Part shown: in pieces, positions 22,869 through 37,100 of the stretch
How the letters are laid out: the number at the start of each line of letters is the position of its first letter
How positions within the stretch are numbered: the first letter of the stretch is position 1
NCBI RefSeq assembly: GCF_031769215.1
Contig: NW_026782032.1
Location: 186,001-250,000, forward strand
DNA length: 64,000 nt
Reading direction: 5' to 3'
From: Ylistrum balloti
Taxonomy: Eukaryota
The notes under the pieces: generated by a model
Told to the model about the DNA's origin: nothing
Database searches by the model: none
What the model saw: only the letters and a program-made list of their open reading frames with translations
Position numbers and translations under genes: made by a program

Positions 22869-23039
22869 CTTTTCATACCGGATCAATCGATACCTCTTTA
22901 ACCTTTAATGCCTTGTATTATATGGATTGCTAATGTACCTATTAATTGTTTTATAGAAGTAACGCCCAGATGAATTGAAAGGTAAACGCGCGCCTGTCTA
23001 TTGCTGTCTTTGCTGAATGACACGTGTTTACAAAACTAT

Positions 23040-23169
23040 TACCTAAGGTTAAAATCTACAATGAGAACAATCGTCTTTATGTACAATAACGTTTAAAGTT
23101 TCGTTACCTAAGGTTAAAATCTACAATGAGAACAATCGTCTTTATGTACAATAGCGTTTAAAGTTTCGT
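23040..23169. repeat. 65-bp tandem duplication
   Basis: acctaaggttaaaatctacaatgagaacaatcgtctttatgtacaata(a/g)cgtttaaagtttcgt twice, nearly identical. Confidence 0.9.
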
Positions 23170-26100
23170 AAGCAATGTAGATCAAATAAAATGCTTCCCA
23201 TCTTATCATCTATCCCGAACACGGGTACTTGATAACAAATATTAGATAGTCACATACCTAATTGTCTTATTCAGAGCTCTGCATTTGCCACAGTTTATAA
23301 ACACATTAATCTAATTGAAATGACTTGCAAACGTGTTTACTCTACAAACTTCAGCTGTTAAATTCCAGACAAGAAGCATGGAACTTTTATTACTAAAACT
23401 TGGAATTGCTGTTTACTTTAATATCTTACAGAAAAATAATGCTTTGTACAACGGAAACATAAATTAAAAGGACAAGTTAGCTATACAGATAAGATAGCAA
23501 AATTATTGTATAATCTATACTTGTACACGAGATAAGCTATAGGTACTGAATCTAATTATAATATGCAAATAAGCAAAGAAAATCTGTGAAAAGATAGGGA
23601 ATTTATCCCAATTTTTTTCAATGAGGACATTACGCTCTTGATACGGATACGTTCACAAGAAGCCTATGTCCACAAATGATGTGATCATTCAATAACACTT
23701 TTAGAGTGCAGTCACATTCAAATATAATGACTATAAAGTTGTTATTTTCAAGCAGTTATGTCTTCTAAAATGACATCCTACGTCTGATTATTATGGGGTT
23801 TTATTGCTGGTATAGAAAACACTGTCAAAATGCCTGTTCAAATTGACGGTTGGGTTATACTGTCAATAATATATCATCTGTCTTATTACAAACGTGTTAA
23901 AACTTAATATATCATATTGTACTAGCAATATCAAAATAGAATGGTTTACTGAAAAGCACTGTTACTCATACAGACATAAGATTTCAAGAAATATATGTAT
24001 ATGTACATTCACAGTCACAGCGACAGGTTATTAAAATCAGAAATACATTGATCCATGCTGAACTCAACACTTCGAGAATATTTGTTACCATGAAAATCTG
24101 CGCACAGTTCAATAACACTTGCTTATTTGTCTCCTAACCGAGGTGAATGAAAAACTCTTTAATGTTATTAACTGGATATATCATCGTTTTCCCCGACGAT
24201 AACAGTATCAGGTACATGTGTTACCATTTCTATCTAGGATTATAGATGATCGCTGAGCATATGCCACTTCCCAAAGTCACAGATTAAAATCAATCTAACG
24301 TTACAAAAGATGCTGGGTTATTTCTAAATGCCTAGAGGTACGAATATAAGACATCGTTGCTAGTAAATTGATGCCAAATCTCATCTTTCATAGTTTCAAA
24401 ATGAAATTAATTTTTATTCATTATAAATGCCTGCACAATATTATCTGTAGGCTGTTGATTTCATCTTATTGTCAAGATATGATTATTAAAGTAATGTTAT
24501 AAGCTACAAGGGAAATCTTTAGAAAGATAATGTAAGATAAATTCTAAGAAACAAAACGGTTTTTAAACACAGCAGTTGATGAATGGTTCAATTTGCGTGT
24601 TTCGAAAAATTTTCACTAAGAAAAACAAGCAACCAAAACACAACAAAAATCAAACCAAAAAAAACCCGAAAAATTGTAAAGCAAAAATTCAAGACCGAAA
24701 AAAGGCTATTTTCACCTCCAGAAAGCCGACATTCCTGTGATATAACCATTTTGCTAGTTGTTTTGTTTCCACCCCTGACCATTTTTACAGAAGCAGTAAA
24801 TTACCAGGTATCACGAAAGCTGATCCCGCACAAAGTGTCTGTTTACAGTTCATATATAAAGAGTGTCAACAATGGAAACAGATAGTTTGACGTCTTTGTT
24901 TGGTCAATGGCTCGTAATACACAAGTACAAGTAGGTTTTGTGGAGATGTACAGAATGATAATTAATGTAATGGCCATCACAAAAGTACACTTAGAACCTA
25001 TTGAATTTATTCATATAATCAATCGAATTTGCTCAAAACATTATTGGATTTTGTTATGAAAGAAATTGGATTTGGTTATAAAACGCCATATTATGTCTTA
25101 CCATTAGTAACCAGGCAACCACAAGTTGCGACGTCTGTACCGTGCACGTGAGTTTTTGTTCTACCTCAGTGATGTAACAGAAGAGGACTCAAGATGGAAC
25201 GATACACGAATACTCATATGACCTCGTTATGATATCTACGTGAAAAGTTGTTAGATGTATTTCGTGTGGACCATGAAATGTTTTGGAGTGCCAAAATGAA
25301 GAGGATTGGGAGATATTTAGTGATGAAAATTATGCTTATAATCACATTGCAAGAGTATTGAATCTAGTTTTCCACAATATATTGAAAAATCAATAAAAAC
25401 TTATTAAGTAAATCATAATCGAATATTGGATGACGTTAATAGCTTAAAAATGTAATCAAAATGCCGACTTACGTTTTACTTATCCCTCACTCAAACAGAC
25501 AGTCGGCAGTACATATTTTGATCTTGAACTGCCTGAGATTAATAGAATCCTTCACCCCCTTTTGGGTGAGACAGAGGGATCTCAACCCGAGGGGGGATTA
25601 TTAAGTTGTCAAACACGAGGCTTGGAATTTAACATTAAAGTTTGCTTTTCTTTCTCCTCAAACACACATCTTCACACCAAGTTTTGTGTTAGCTCAAACA
25701 AAGCCTGGTGTTTTGAAAAACATATTTATGTAGCTGACATTAAGGTGTCTTTCTGAAAAAGAAGTATGTATGGCCGCCGAATGACCCAAATTATTACTCC
25801 TTCTTATCCATATATCAATGTTGCAAAGATGCAATTTAGAATAACATGAATTTTAATGTCCGCCAACGAGTAATACTATAGGGATCAAGCAAATCGCGTT
25901 TCTTTCTATATATACCATATTTCGCGGTACGATAACATGATCGCGAGAAATTTTATATGTGAATTAATGAGATACGTGTGTATAAGATGTAGATTTGAGT
26001 TGAGATCGCGAAATTTTAATTCAGTAAAATATAATTTACTTCTTGTTTAAAGGAAATCGCGAAAATCTTCACCGTTAAACATTATCAGCCATACGCTATT

Positions 26101-26974
26101 AAGCCTTTCAAACCAAATGACTGGCTTTGAAAATTGAAAGCAAATAATATCAAAATGTAACCAAAGACATGTTTTAAGTAAAACACGTTATTTCTTACAT
26201 CATCTCTCTTTTCATCGTATGACTCATCAGTCTTTATGTGAACGCGTTGCATGCACGTGAAGATAACACATTTAAACAGTTACGTAAATAACCCTTTAAT
26301 CGTCTGAAAAACATTGATTTTGTTATGAATACAATTCGATTCAGTTATAAAACGAAAATCTACTACTGACCATTAGTAGCCTGACAACCAGGAGTGTTGA
26401 CATCAGTAGCGTCCACGTGAGTTTTTGTTATGATGTGCGGTGATTTAACAATGATGACCTTGACTGTATCGTACACATCGGATGTCCAGCATACCAACAA
26501 TGGTTGTAGTTGTGTTTAATATTTTTAAACGACAGATATTAAGATGAAATAGGTTTTGTTTCGTGCATTAATTTGTTTTATTGTGTTTAAATTCAAAACT
26601 TGACGAAATGTCGTAAGAAACATTGCTTTCAAATTTTATAAAATAAAAACAGATGTCTAACACCTCCACTTGCAGTCTGGCAACGAATAGTTGACATCAG
26701 CGCTGCGCACGCGAGTTTTAGGTTCTTTACTTTACAAAGGAAAACTAGATGGAAACAACCTGTTTTCTGGCTCGGATATTTACAGGATCAGATTTGGTAT
26801 AAAATATAGTTACTAATATATTTTTGAAAAAAAAAATCTATGATAAACGTTCATTGAAAAACCTCCAAAAAATTGATGTTTTCTCATTGTATTTTTACAA
26901 TGATATTTATTTATCTAATATTTTATAGAGACACAAGAGAATAATTTCTTTCAATATGCAATTAGAGCAAAGCT

Positions 26975-27035
26975 CAATTCAGATAGTATAGAACTCGTCA
27001 GTGATGATGAGGGCCTAAATTTTGAAATCTAAGAC
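26975..27035 (-). ncRNA. Partial hammerhead family A remnant
   Basis: Minus strand: ttcaaaatttaggccctcatcATCA CTGACGA GTTC. Shares the 5' flank and core with the copies at 17020 and 43221; the GAAA half has decayed. Confidence 0.45.
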
Positions 27036-29367
27036 GCGACAAAATTGATCGGGAAAAATATCAAAATTTAGATTGAGAGATACACTGGCTTTATAATTGA
27101 ATGAAAGCTTTAACATTTACCAATCATTACCAAAACATGTTGTAAATATATACGTTAAGATTTCCGCATGTTTTGCATTATTTCTAGATGACGGTAAACA
27201 ATCTTTATCTTAATATCAACATTTGCGATTAATCTTGAACATACGGTTTTGCCATTACTTATAATGTCACAAAATTTTATATAACCATGGTTTAAATTTG
27301 AACATCTATATGTATGTTACATGATACATATATATGCAAAAAGTAAATAAAACATCAATTGAAAAATTTGTTCTTGGAAGTATTTTGTTGTTGTTCGTGT
27401 TTTCAATGACTGCAGCTACTGATTACATAATACTATTGTGGTTGTCAAATTTAAATGTAATGAGTGTTATTCACTCTCCCTGCATCGAGGTGTGTTTACA
27501 ACCAGTAACTACATGAGATGCGAATGCTCACAAAGCAATATGTAGTTAACCCAATCAAAACAATCTGTATGTTTGTTGAAACCCGTGAAAAAAATTACAT
27601 CCGATGTTTTCAGATGCGATGAAACAGTCGTTTTAGACATGAAAACGTCCATAACGATAAAACCCATAAATTAAACTTTAAACAAATTGCTTAACAATTT
27701 TAGCAGAAACATCAGGAAAATGTGTACAGTGTGGGATTCCAGGAAAAATAATTCAAATAGTAACAGATTATAAACAGTATCATTGGGCCAACTCATCATA
27801 CTTAAAACGTATTTATAAATTATAACTATAATTGTAATATAGATAATTCGCTTTGTTATATTTTTATCAGCCAGTCATATTAAGCTAAATTCTTTCCTAG
27901 TAAACAGATTTTTTCTCAAAACAATGACAAACTCCTGCATATCTATACTGTCACTCTCCCTAATTTAGAGTGCTCAAGATTTCGTTATCATTTTAGCACG
28001 GTTGCTTTGATAGGCGTCTTGTCTGCAAACAACTTAAAGTCAGACGAGATATGTTTTATGTTTCCGAAGAGGTTAAAGACGTTATGTTTACGTGTTATGA
28101 AAATTCTGTTAAAACAAGTATGTTATTGATATCGAAAAAGCAATTGCCAAGCCAACGAAAACGTCACCGATTTCTAATTCTGTTGTGTTAAAACATGTTA
28201 CGTATGAAAGCAAAGACGACACATGGTGCACATCTGTTAAAGACTCTGCCTATGTACCGCAACCCCTAAATGAATTAACAAATTACAGCCCCATATCATT
28301 AAAGATATCTGGAGATGAAGAAATGCAACGTGTTTTAAGAATGATCAATGCTTACACGATGCTTTATATTTTTATATTTGTACATGAAAATTAGGTTGGA
28401 AACATTCTGTATTCGATGCATTTTTGTTTTTTGGTATTGCTCTTGCCTGAATTTAGTACCACAGTTCAAGTATATATTCAAAACATGTACATAGTAATCT
28501 GCGACGTTCTTTATGGTTTATTTATTGGTAAGTTCCAGTAACATTCTTTTTTAATATCTTTGAATATCTCTTCACAAAAAATTATAAATACATCGGAAAA
28601 TTATTATCACATCATTATTAAGTAGAACCCAGTTTAACAGAAATTGATATGAAATACGAATTTAAAAATAAAGGTTTAAACACACAAAGACATATTAAGA
28701 AACCAATAGAAAACACCGTTCGCATTGATCACACTGATAATTGTACCATCTGATAATAGTTTTCTTATGTCATCGATGAAGACGGATGAAGAATTATCAA
28801 ATTCAGTATTCCTGATGCCTCATTAGCAAAATGTAATTAATATCTAACTGAAATGTTACTGAAATAAGGATATCATAAAGATCTAGTTTAACATTCCTTG
28901 ACAATAGACCTTTATTGTTTTACTGTTCAAACGGTGTTGAATTGAATTCCACCACTGACTAAAATTGACAGGACCACACTATATTTACATGTATATTAAA
29001 CAATCACTTGCAAACAAGATTATTATATTTCACTTTCAGGGTAGATCAAATACATTAGATCTATAATAACTAAAAGAAGTTAGCAATTTAAAATCGAATG
29101 AAAACAAAACAATTCTTAATACTACTTAATTCTGGTGGCCAGACCGCACTCGATTTGCAAACAGGTGGCTGTGCCTTTAGATGAGGCATGCAATATGAAC
29201 ATTGACTGCAAAACTATTACTTTACATGTAAATCAAAGCTTTTGATGACTAACAAAGGAAACCCCATCAACATATATCATCTTAATAGCTGAACGTATCA
29301 TAGTTGTACAATCATTCAGCTTACCCATTGCTTCACGTTAATACATTTTTACATTTAATGATTTTAT

Positions 29368-30726
29368 GAAATTTATACCTGTAAAGTACTTATACTTCAA
29401 TAAAGAGTGTAGATTGTACATCAAATTTATACCTATACTGTACTTATACTTCAATAAAGAGTGTAGATTGTACATCAAATTTATACCTATACTGTACTTA
29501 TACATCAATAAAGAGTGTAGATTGTACATCAAATTTATACCTATACCTATGTACTTATACTTCAATAAAGAGTGTAGATTGTACATCAAATTTATACCTA
29601 TACTGTACTTATACATCAATAAAGAGTGTAGATTGTACATCAAATTTATACCTATACTGTACTTATACTGTAGTTATATTTCAATAAAGAGTGTAGATTG
29701 TACATCAAATTTATACCTATACTGTACTTATACTACATCAATAAAGAGTGTAGATTGTACAACAAATTTATACCTATACTGTACTTATACATCAATAAAG
29801 AGTGTAGATTGTACATCAAATTTATACCTATACTGTAGTTATATTTCAATAAAGAGTGTAGATTGTACATCAAATTTATACCTATACTGTACTTATACAT
29901 CAATAAAGAGTGTAGATTGTACATCAAATTTATACCTATACTGTACTTATACATCAATAAAGAGTGTAGATTGTACATCAAATTTATACCTATACTGTAC
30001 TTATACATCAATAAAGAGTGTAGATTGTACATCAAATTTATACCTATACTGTAGTTATATTTCAATAAAGAGTGTAGATTGTACATCAAATTTATAACTA
30101 TACTGTGCTTATACATCAATAAAGAGTGTAGATTGTACATCAAATTTATACCTATACTGTACTTATACATCAATAAAGAGTGTAGATTGTACATCAAATT
30201 TATACCTATACTGTACTTATACATCAATAAAGAGTGTAGATTGTACATCAAATTTATACCTATACTGTAGTTATATTTCAATAAAGAGTGTAGATTGTAC
30301 ATCAAATTTATACCTATACTGTACTTATACATCAATAAAGAGTGTAGATTGTACATCAAATTTATACCTATACTGTGCTTATACATCAATAAAGAGTGTA
30401 GATTGTACATCAAATTTATACCTATACTGTACTTATATTTCAATAAAGAGTGTAGATTGTACATCAAATTTATACCTATACTGTAGTTATATTTCAATAA
30501 AGAGTGTAGATTGTACATCAAATTTATACCTATACTGTACTTATACATCAATAAAGAGTGTAGATTGTACATCAAATTTATACCTATACTGTGCTTATAC
30601 ATCAATAAAGAGTGTAGATTGTACATCAAATTTATACCTATACTGTACTTATACTTCAATAAAGAGTGTAGATTGTACATCAAATTTATACCTATACTGT
30701 ACTTATATTTCAATAAAGAATGTAGA
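29368..30726. repeat. 54-bp satellite, about 25 copies, with a 216-bp higher-order unit
   Basis: Unit tacatcaaatttatacctatactgtacttatacatcaataaagagtgtagattg; the variant ctgtagttatatttc recurs every fourth unit, and the ORF starts 29863/30079/30295/30511 are spaced by 216. Confidence 0.95.
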
Positions 30727-31564
30727 TAATACATGTACTGTATTATAACAAAGCAAACACTCTATAAACACAGTTTTACCTGCATTTACTGTGATTTAAA
30801 GAAAACAACTAAATAATATCAAAATAGCTTTAATTAACACGCCAACCTTTATATATACCAATCATCTCTACGTATAATATATTGGTAATATAATTGACAA
30901 ATGAAACGGTGCCTTAATTGGACTAAATGCTTAGATTTCGTTTTTTCCCATGCGTTTGATTTCGGGCAAGCATTGTAATACTTAAGATTAGACTCTTCAC
31001 AAAATTATAACACTGAGAGAAATTGATAAAGATTATCAGCTTCAAACTAAAGTTTGTCGACACTTGCTGTTACGTCTACCACTCATCGTTGATATGATCG
31101 GAAAATTCATCACGTGACTATTCGGGGCCTCATTTTAACCCGCCGTTTTGATATGATTTCTGAATACAATTGACGTATAATTATTTAATGAGCCAAAACC
31201 TAATTCGCCAGCCATGTTTCAAAATTTGTGTTTAAAAAATGGCCCCTTGTTTCATGCTATACGCGTGACAGAGCGAAATAAATAAATTTGAATTAAACTG
31301 AATTTAAAATTGCATGAGCAAAGACATTGTTTACACTCTACGAACGATAATGATATGAATTAGTGTTCGGTCGATCCTATTTTAATAAAAAAAAATTTGA
31401 CGTTGTTAACACAGCAGTTTTGCAAAATTTCAAATGTTTTAATTAGCAGAAAGTACACAACTATAAGAGCTATTCAGATTTTATAATGATTTTTTTATTA
31501 GTTATAAAATGAATATCTAACCGTTTATAAATGACGATAACCACTCATTATCTCTTTACCTGTA

Positions 31565-32752
31565 TCATATAATTATTAAGAGTACAACGCTAGTGATCAC
31601 GAGAACTGTAAAAGACTCAAACATGACAACCATTATAAGATTCATTTGATGGAGAACATCCGACCATGTCAGGTCCGGAATCCCATTCGCATGTGAATTG
31701 TCGGTTTCTTTTGCTGGCACATCCCCATCTGTAGCAATGCTTACTTTTTTATTTCCGTTTAGACAAGCCCGTTGCACGTAGGACCAATTTAGGTAATGGG
31801 TAATTCAATGGTCTTAGACCGAAAGGAATCTTTACAGCACTTGAACAACATTGCACGCCACCAAACCAGAACATTATTTGAACAAAGAGCGCAAAGTAAC
31901 AAGTTTCGTTAGACGCGATTGGCAATTCGTTTGCTATAGTCCCCAACATCAGCGAAAAACTCAGGAACAAAGACATAGCGAAAAAAAGTCTTTCTCCGGA
32001 TGCGCAAGGAATGAGGAAAGTAAACGGGTTCGTGATTGCGAGTAGAGTTACGGGTAGTACTGTACGTATCAGACACTTGCTGGGTTTCCTCTTCACTGTT
32101 ATACTGGTATTATAAATTGACATTTGGTCAGTATAGCACCATATGTAGGACTTGTTAAATGACCACTCGGAATTTTCACGGTAAAAGTTAGCGCGAATTT
32201 TGTCGTGGTCAGGATAGCTAATCTGCATCGAAGGAAGCGAATAGGTAGGACCAATATTGAATAAACATGTCTGTGTATCAAAAGAATATTTTCTGATCGA
32301 TATGTCACACAGTGTGGTGTAAAGTGATGCACTTCTCCTGTTTATACTTTCGTTGTTGTTTACACGTATTTTATCATGACTGTTAGGTAATGATTCAGAA
32401 CCAGACACTGAGTTATATAAAGCAACATCGGGGACCCATATATCTGATAAGGATGACAACACCATATCTGTCCCATTGTAACGATTGGGGTCCCATACAA
32501 GTGACAGATCAGTCCATACAAACGTGAAGTATCCTTTTGTGTAAAATACCTGATTCTTTTCGTCTATTTGCGTTATTTTCATCAGGGAGTATCCTATCTG
32601 TATTTCCACAGGTTCACTTTTATTAAGAGTATTCGTCTTCCGTATCCGCCCATTAGATGTTGGACCAAAGTCTGCTCAGATGGAATATCTTTACTCCACG
32701 AACCGACGATCGACGTGAACAAAATGATGGCTATTCTACATATAGCCATCAT
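31565..32752 (-). pseudogene. Frameshifted Cys-loop nAChR-like gene (copy 4), closest to copy 2
   Basis: ATG 32752 gives signal peptide MMAICRIAIILFTSIVGSWS..SEQTLVQHL..GYGRRIL. A frameshift near 32625 leads into LNKSEPVEIQIG, then Cys-loop CDISIRKYSFDTQTC (Pro to Ser), GERL, LPIASNETCYF..GGVQCC. A second frameshift near 31760 precedes WSDVLHQMNLIM/M4; stop at 31565. Confidence 0.85.
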
Positions 32753-33689
32753 AGATCTATGGATTATACGGTCTCAAATCTTCAAACAATGGCTCTTTGT
32801 CTTCGATTTGATTGTGAAGTTCATTGCATGTTTTGATGGGAAAACTGCACTGTCTTGGATTCAAGTTATGGACTAGTTCGTCAAAAGGTGGTAAACTGGT
32901 TTACGCTGAGTAATTACGCAGATGTAATCATTTGTTCAATGTCCATATGCAAATAGAATCAATTGAGTTTGTAATGACAACAGAAATGTAAATGAATACC
33001 AGAGACGAATGCAGAGCTTGCCCTTCCAGTAAATGTTTCTGCTAAAACAAATACTGTTCTCTCCAAGGATTTAAGTTATCATAGCAATAGGTACGAATGC
33101 CAGTGTCTTTATCATACAACCTTACACATATTTTATCTGACACGAAATATATGATAACGAAATATGAATCATTTCCTATACACTGTACACCACAACCAAC
33201 ACCATCAAGGTGTAAATGATATCCTACAACTGTTTTGAAATAGAAAATGAATGGAAAACAAGAGACCCTTAAATCTTAAAGGTGAGTGTATATCTATACC
33301 TAAGTTAATAGCAGTAGTAGTAATTGAATCATTGAAACAATTATGAAACTTTCAGCCCATCAAGTTAAAAAACAACCTTCAGTTTCTTAACATTTCAGTT
33401 CAAATGAACCAGTGAAACTGGAGGAAATACATGAAATAGGTTTCGAAATGAGGCCGTATTGAATTTGTGGCAAGCGCGAAAAATACTTAGTCAAAACGAT
33501 TTCGGTAGCATTTTAGGCATGTTCAGTTCAATCCAACGGATGCAACTTTCGATGAAGTGTAAGAAATAGGTGCTATCCAGAAAAACTATTACCGCATAAT
33601 CAGGGTACAAAATGGCTGCCTTGGCTGTTATGTTGATAGTATTTACATGGACGAAAAATATCAACTCTTTGTTTGTTTCCCTACTTAAC

Positions 33690-33885
33690 AAAAATAGGAC
33701 ATGGTGGCCATGTTGGATTTCGAACTAACTTGTCATGACTATACCAAGATCATTTCGGGAGAGTTTGAGCTGAATCCCACTGAAGGACCTGAGAAGAAGA
33801 TGAAAATCTGAAAAGTTTGCGCACGGTACGGGACGACAGTCGAAATACGAGGTCATCTTAATCCTTTGGGTCAGATGAACAAGTG
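33690..33885 (-). mobile_element. Fragment of Pearl/CvA-like non-autonomous element
   Basis: ggtggccatgttggattt...gaagaagatgaaaatctgaaaagttt...ggacgacag...cctttgggtcagatgaac, the reverse orientation of the motifs seen at 1900-2622. Confidence 0.45.
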
Positions 33886-34138
33886 AAAGAGATCAGATAT
33901 TTTTTTCAACTTGTTTTTTTAAAGTTGGTACTATTTCCGCTTGAGACTTTACCGTTGTATTAAACTAATTGGAGATATTTGATGTGGTGTGATATGCGAA
34001 GCGTAACGAGGACATATTCTCTGTATTTGGCCTTTGAATATGAAGCAATAACGAATGTCGTATGATAGAGTCATTTTATTTGAAACAATTAGTCAACCAT
34101 TTTCCCATACGGAAATCCTTTGGTGCGTCTTTGATCAA

Positions 34139-37100
34139 TTAATGGTGTGGTCGGGGTGAGGTGTCTAAAACAGCTGTTACTGGCACACCGACACACATCA
34201 GGTTCCCGTCTTCACAGACACACGTCTTATCGTCACCAGCGTATTCCTGACCATTCAGAAGACAATTTCCATTTAACAGGCAACCTGGAAAATCGCAAAG
34301 TCAGTGTTAGAATGTAAGGTTCATGATAGTATTGTTCGAAAAACTATTCAAACATACACCGTTCAGCATATAATAAAAAAGCTTCGTGATACATGTTGAT
34401 ATTTAAGGTAGAATTATGTAGAATTTTCGTAGGAAATGGCATAAAAGTATTTCGTCAATTATTAGCAAACCATCACATATCCTAAATGGAAACTATGATT
34501 GTCAGAAATAAGCTCCTGACCGAGAAAAGTTTGACATCACATATAATGAAACAACAGATCTCATGAAACGCAATCCTTTTAACAGCGTTTAAAACTTATA
34601 CATTACCTTGTCATATATCAAACCATGTGCAGGAACAATGTAGTTTATTTCTTTACAGGACTAACCAGAAAATCCATATGGAATGACCAAGAGACCAAAG
34701 CTACATGGATATGGCATGCTTAAATCGTCAAAGAACAGAAGTCGACATTTTTGTGTGTGGTGGTGGTGGTTTGTGATGTTGTTGGTGTGTGTGGTTTTTT
34801 TCTTCTTTTTTTTTCATTTTGAACAATTCAACGCTTGGATATTATGTAAAAGGCCTAATAATTTTCAATACATTTTAAGATGAATTATAAGAAGTCAGCA
34901 AAGGCAATATGACTAATAGACATGCAGCCTATGAACTATTCTGATCAGGAAAATCTTTTGTCTATTAAACCGGTGAAGTCTACTGTTTCCACTTGTTTGA
35001 TAAGTATATTTATCTCTTCCCTTCAAAGATCCTTACCTGATGACACTAACATGAATCCTAAGGCCCCTTCAGAATCTTCCTGACATCGGTACTGCCTACA
35101 AGAATCCATTTTCTTTTTACCCATCCTGTAGCACTCTTTGTCGATCGCCCATTCACAATCTACAACGGAATATCGAAAAGGTACAGATATGGACATTCAA
35201 TGATTCTTTATTGTAAAAATAATATGAAAAAATATATTAATTTTAAGACAATTTAATATCACGTACCACAGAGACAGTGTCAACTCATTTTGATAAGTTA
35301 AACTGTAGGGACGAAATAACTAGAAAAAGAAACAATAGCTTAACACAACGGGACTTTCAATAAGTAATGCGAATCATGTACGGAATCAAATACAAAATAG
35401 TGTATAGCCATAGAAAGCTGAAATATAATGTGTATAACGTCTTCATCACTGTTGTGAAGACGACCAAAGCCACAACACAGTGTGTACAACTATATCTACA
35501 CTGCTGTGAAGACGACCAAAGCTACAACACCGTGTATACAACTATATCTACACTGTTGTGAAGACGACCAAAGCTACAACACCGTGTGTACAACTATATC
35601 TACACTGTTGTGAAGACGACCAAAGCTACAACACCGTGTGTACAACTATATATACACTGTTGTGAAGACGACCAAAGCTACAACACCGTGTGTACAACTA
35701 TATCTACACTGTTGTGAAGACGACTAAAGCTACAACACCGTGTGTACAACTATATCTACACTGTTGTGAAGACGACCAAAGCTACAACACCGTGTGTACA
35801 ACTATATCTACACTGTTGTGAAGACGACTAAAGCTACAACACCGTGTGTACAACTATATCTACACTGTTGCACAGACAACTAAAGCTACAAAATTGTATA
35901 TATAACATTGTCTTTACTATTGTATAAACAACTAAAGCTATAATATCAATATACAATAATGTTAGACAACAAAATCACAATATCGTTTGACAACTAAAAC
36001 TGTAATATCGTATTGACAACTAAAACTGTAATATCGTATAGACAACTAAAACTGTAATATCGTATTGACAACTAAAACTGTAATATCGTATTGACAACTA
36101 AAACTGTAATATCGTATTGACAACTAAACCTGTAATATCGTATTGACAACTAAAACTGTAATATCGTATTGACAACTAAAACTGTAATATCGTACAGACA
36201 ACTAAATCACAATATCGTATAGACAACTAAAACTGTAATATCGTATTGACAACTAAAACTATAATATCGTATTGACAACTAAAACTGTAATATCGTATTG
36301 ACAACTAAAACTATAATATCGTATTGACAACTAAAATCACAATATCGTATTGACAACTAAAACTATAATATCGTATTGACAACTAAATCACAATATCGTA
36401 TTGACAACTAAAACTGTAATATCGTATTGACAACTAAATCACAATATCGTATTGACAACTAAAACTGTAATATCGTATTGACAACTAAAACTGTAATATC
36501 GTATAGACAACTAAATCACAATATCGTATTGACAACTAAACCTATAATATCGTATTGACAACTAAACCTGTAATATCGTATTGACAACTAAAACTGTAAT
36601 ATCGTATAGACAACTAAATCACAATATCGTATTGACAACTAAAACTATAATATCGTATTGACAACTAAAACTGTAATATCGTATTGACAACTAAAACTGT
36701 AATATCGTATTGACAACTAAAACTATGATATCGTATTGACAACTAAAACTGTAATATCGTATTGACAACTAAAACTGTAATATCGTATTGACAACTAAAA
36801 CTATGATATCGTATTGACAACTAAAACTGTAATATCGTATTGACAACTAAAACTATAATATCGTATTGACAACTAAATCACAATATCGTATTGACAACTA
36901 AAACTGTAATATCGTATTGACAACTAAATCACAATATCGTATTGACAACTAAAACTATAATATCGTATTGACAACTAAATCACAATATCGTATTGACAAC
37001 TAAAACTATACTATCGTATTGACAACTAAAACTGTAATAACGTATTGACAACTAAAACTACAATATCGTATTGACAACTAAAACTATAATATCGTATTGA

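Noticed and set aside
28030-28394. Coding-looking stretch (LKHVTYESKDDTWCTSVKDSAYVPQP...)
   Set aside because: No recognisable motif, start or splice context; possibly a TE remnant, but unsupported.
29338-30734. Long ORFs on both strands (up to 333 aa)
   Set aside because: They are artefacts of a stop-poor 54-bp satellite whose unit length is divisible by 3.
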